Shown: positions 63,290 through 64,000 of the stretch, in pieces | Position numbering within the stretch: position 1 is the stretch's first letter | How the letters are laid out: each line of letters starts with the position of its first letter | DNA from: Squalus acanthias | Taxonomy: Eukaryota | NCBI GenBank assembly: GCA_030390025.1 | Contig: JASTWF010000070.1 | Coordinates: 372,001 to 436,000 of the forward strand | Reading direction: 5' to 3' | DNA length: 64,000 bases | Notes under the pieces: generated by a model | What the model was told of the DNA's origin: nothing | What the model saw: the letters and a program-made list of their open reading frames with translations, nothing else | Database searches by the model: none | Position numbers and translations under genes: made by a program

Positions 63290-64000
63290 TGTCTGTTGAC
63301 ACCACTGTGTCAGCTCTACCTCACCACCACCTCCTCGACTCCTCCAATCTCTCCAAACTGTCACACTGCCTGTCCAGCATCCAGTACTGGATGAGCAGAA
63401 ATGTCCTCCATTGCCTTTGGTCCCCGCCACAAATTGCGATCGCTCACCACTGACTCCATCCCTCTCCCTGGTAAATCTCTGAGGCTGAACCAGACAGTTC
63501 GCAAACTTGATGTCATATCTGAGATGAGCTTCCGACCACATATCTGTGCCATCACTAAGACAGCGTATTTCCACCTCCATAACATCGCCCAACTCCGTCC
63601 TGCCTCAGCTCACCTGCTGCTGAAAGCCTCATCCATGCCTTTGTTACTTCCAGACGTGACTATTCCAATGCACTCTTTGGACTCCTCCCACTTTCTACAC
63701 TCCGTCAACTTGAGGTCCTTCAAAACTCTGCTGCCAGTGTCTGAACTCGCACCAAGTCCCCTTCACCCATCACCCCTGTGCTCACTGCCCTACATTGGCT
63801 CCCGGATAAGCAACTTCTCAATTTTAAAAATCTGGTCTTTGTTTTCAAATCCCTCCATGATCTCGCCCCCCTCCCTAGCTCGGTAACCTCCTCCAGCCAT
63901 ACAACCCTCCGAGATCTCTGCACTCCTCCAATTCTCCCCGATTTTATTTGCTCCACCATTGGCGGCCGAGTTTTCAGTTATCAATGCCAAAAGCTCTGGA
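63290..64000 (+). mobile_element. L2-clade LINE fragment upstream of IgL gene 2
   Basis: Paralogous to 21640-22330; runs off the window end. Confidence 0.75.

Larger units (their letters stand above)
54800..64000. repeat. Direct segmental duplicate of the IgL unit at ~13200-22500
   Basis: Exons, introns, promoter, 3' flank and upstream flank are collinear; VJ exons are offset by exactly 43750 bp. Confidence 0.92.

Overview
Vertebrate genomic DNA, almost certainly a cartilaginous fish, judged from the Ig light-chain type and the CR1/L2 LINE and Deu-type SINE content. Two intact minus-strand immunoglobulin light-chain genes of the type I / NS5-like (sigma-cart) class lie at 14108-18063 and 55679-61812. 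Each has an octamer promoter, a leader exon, a germline-joined VJ exon with no RSS, and a C exon. A collapsed third cluster (C-exon relic, 4235-4505) sits in the middle of a ~12 kb inverted duplication. Between the two light-chain genes is a family of non-rearranging, antigen-receptor-like genes with the layout leader / VJ-type V / C1 / Cys-TM / short cytoplasmic exons. Gene A (+, 30536-38225) ends in an ITIM (ILYASL). Gene B (-, ~42840-49189) and two further relics complete the family. All four copies carry disabling lesions in this sequence. The rest is mostly transposon-derived DNA, simple repeats and three N-gaps. Exon boundaries were read by hand; no database searches were run.
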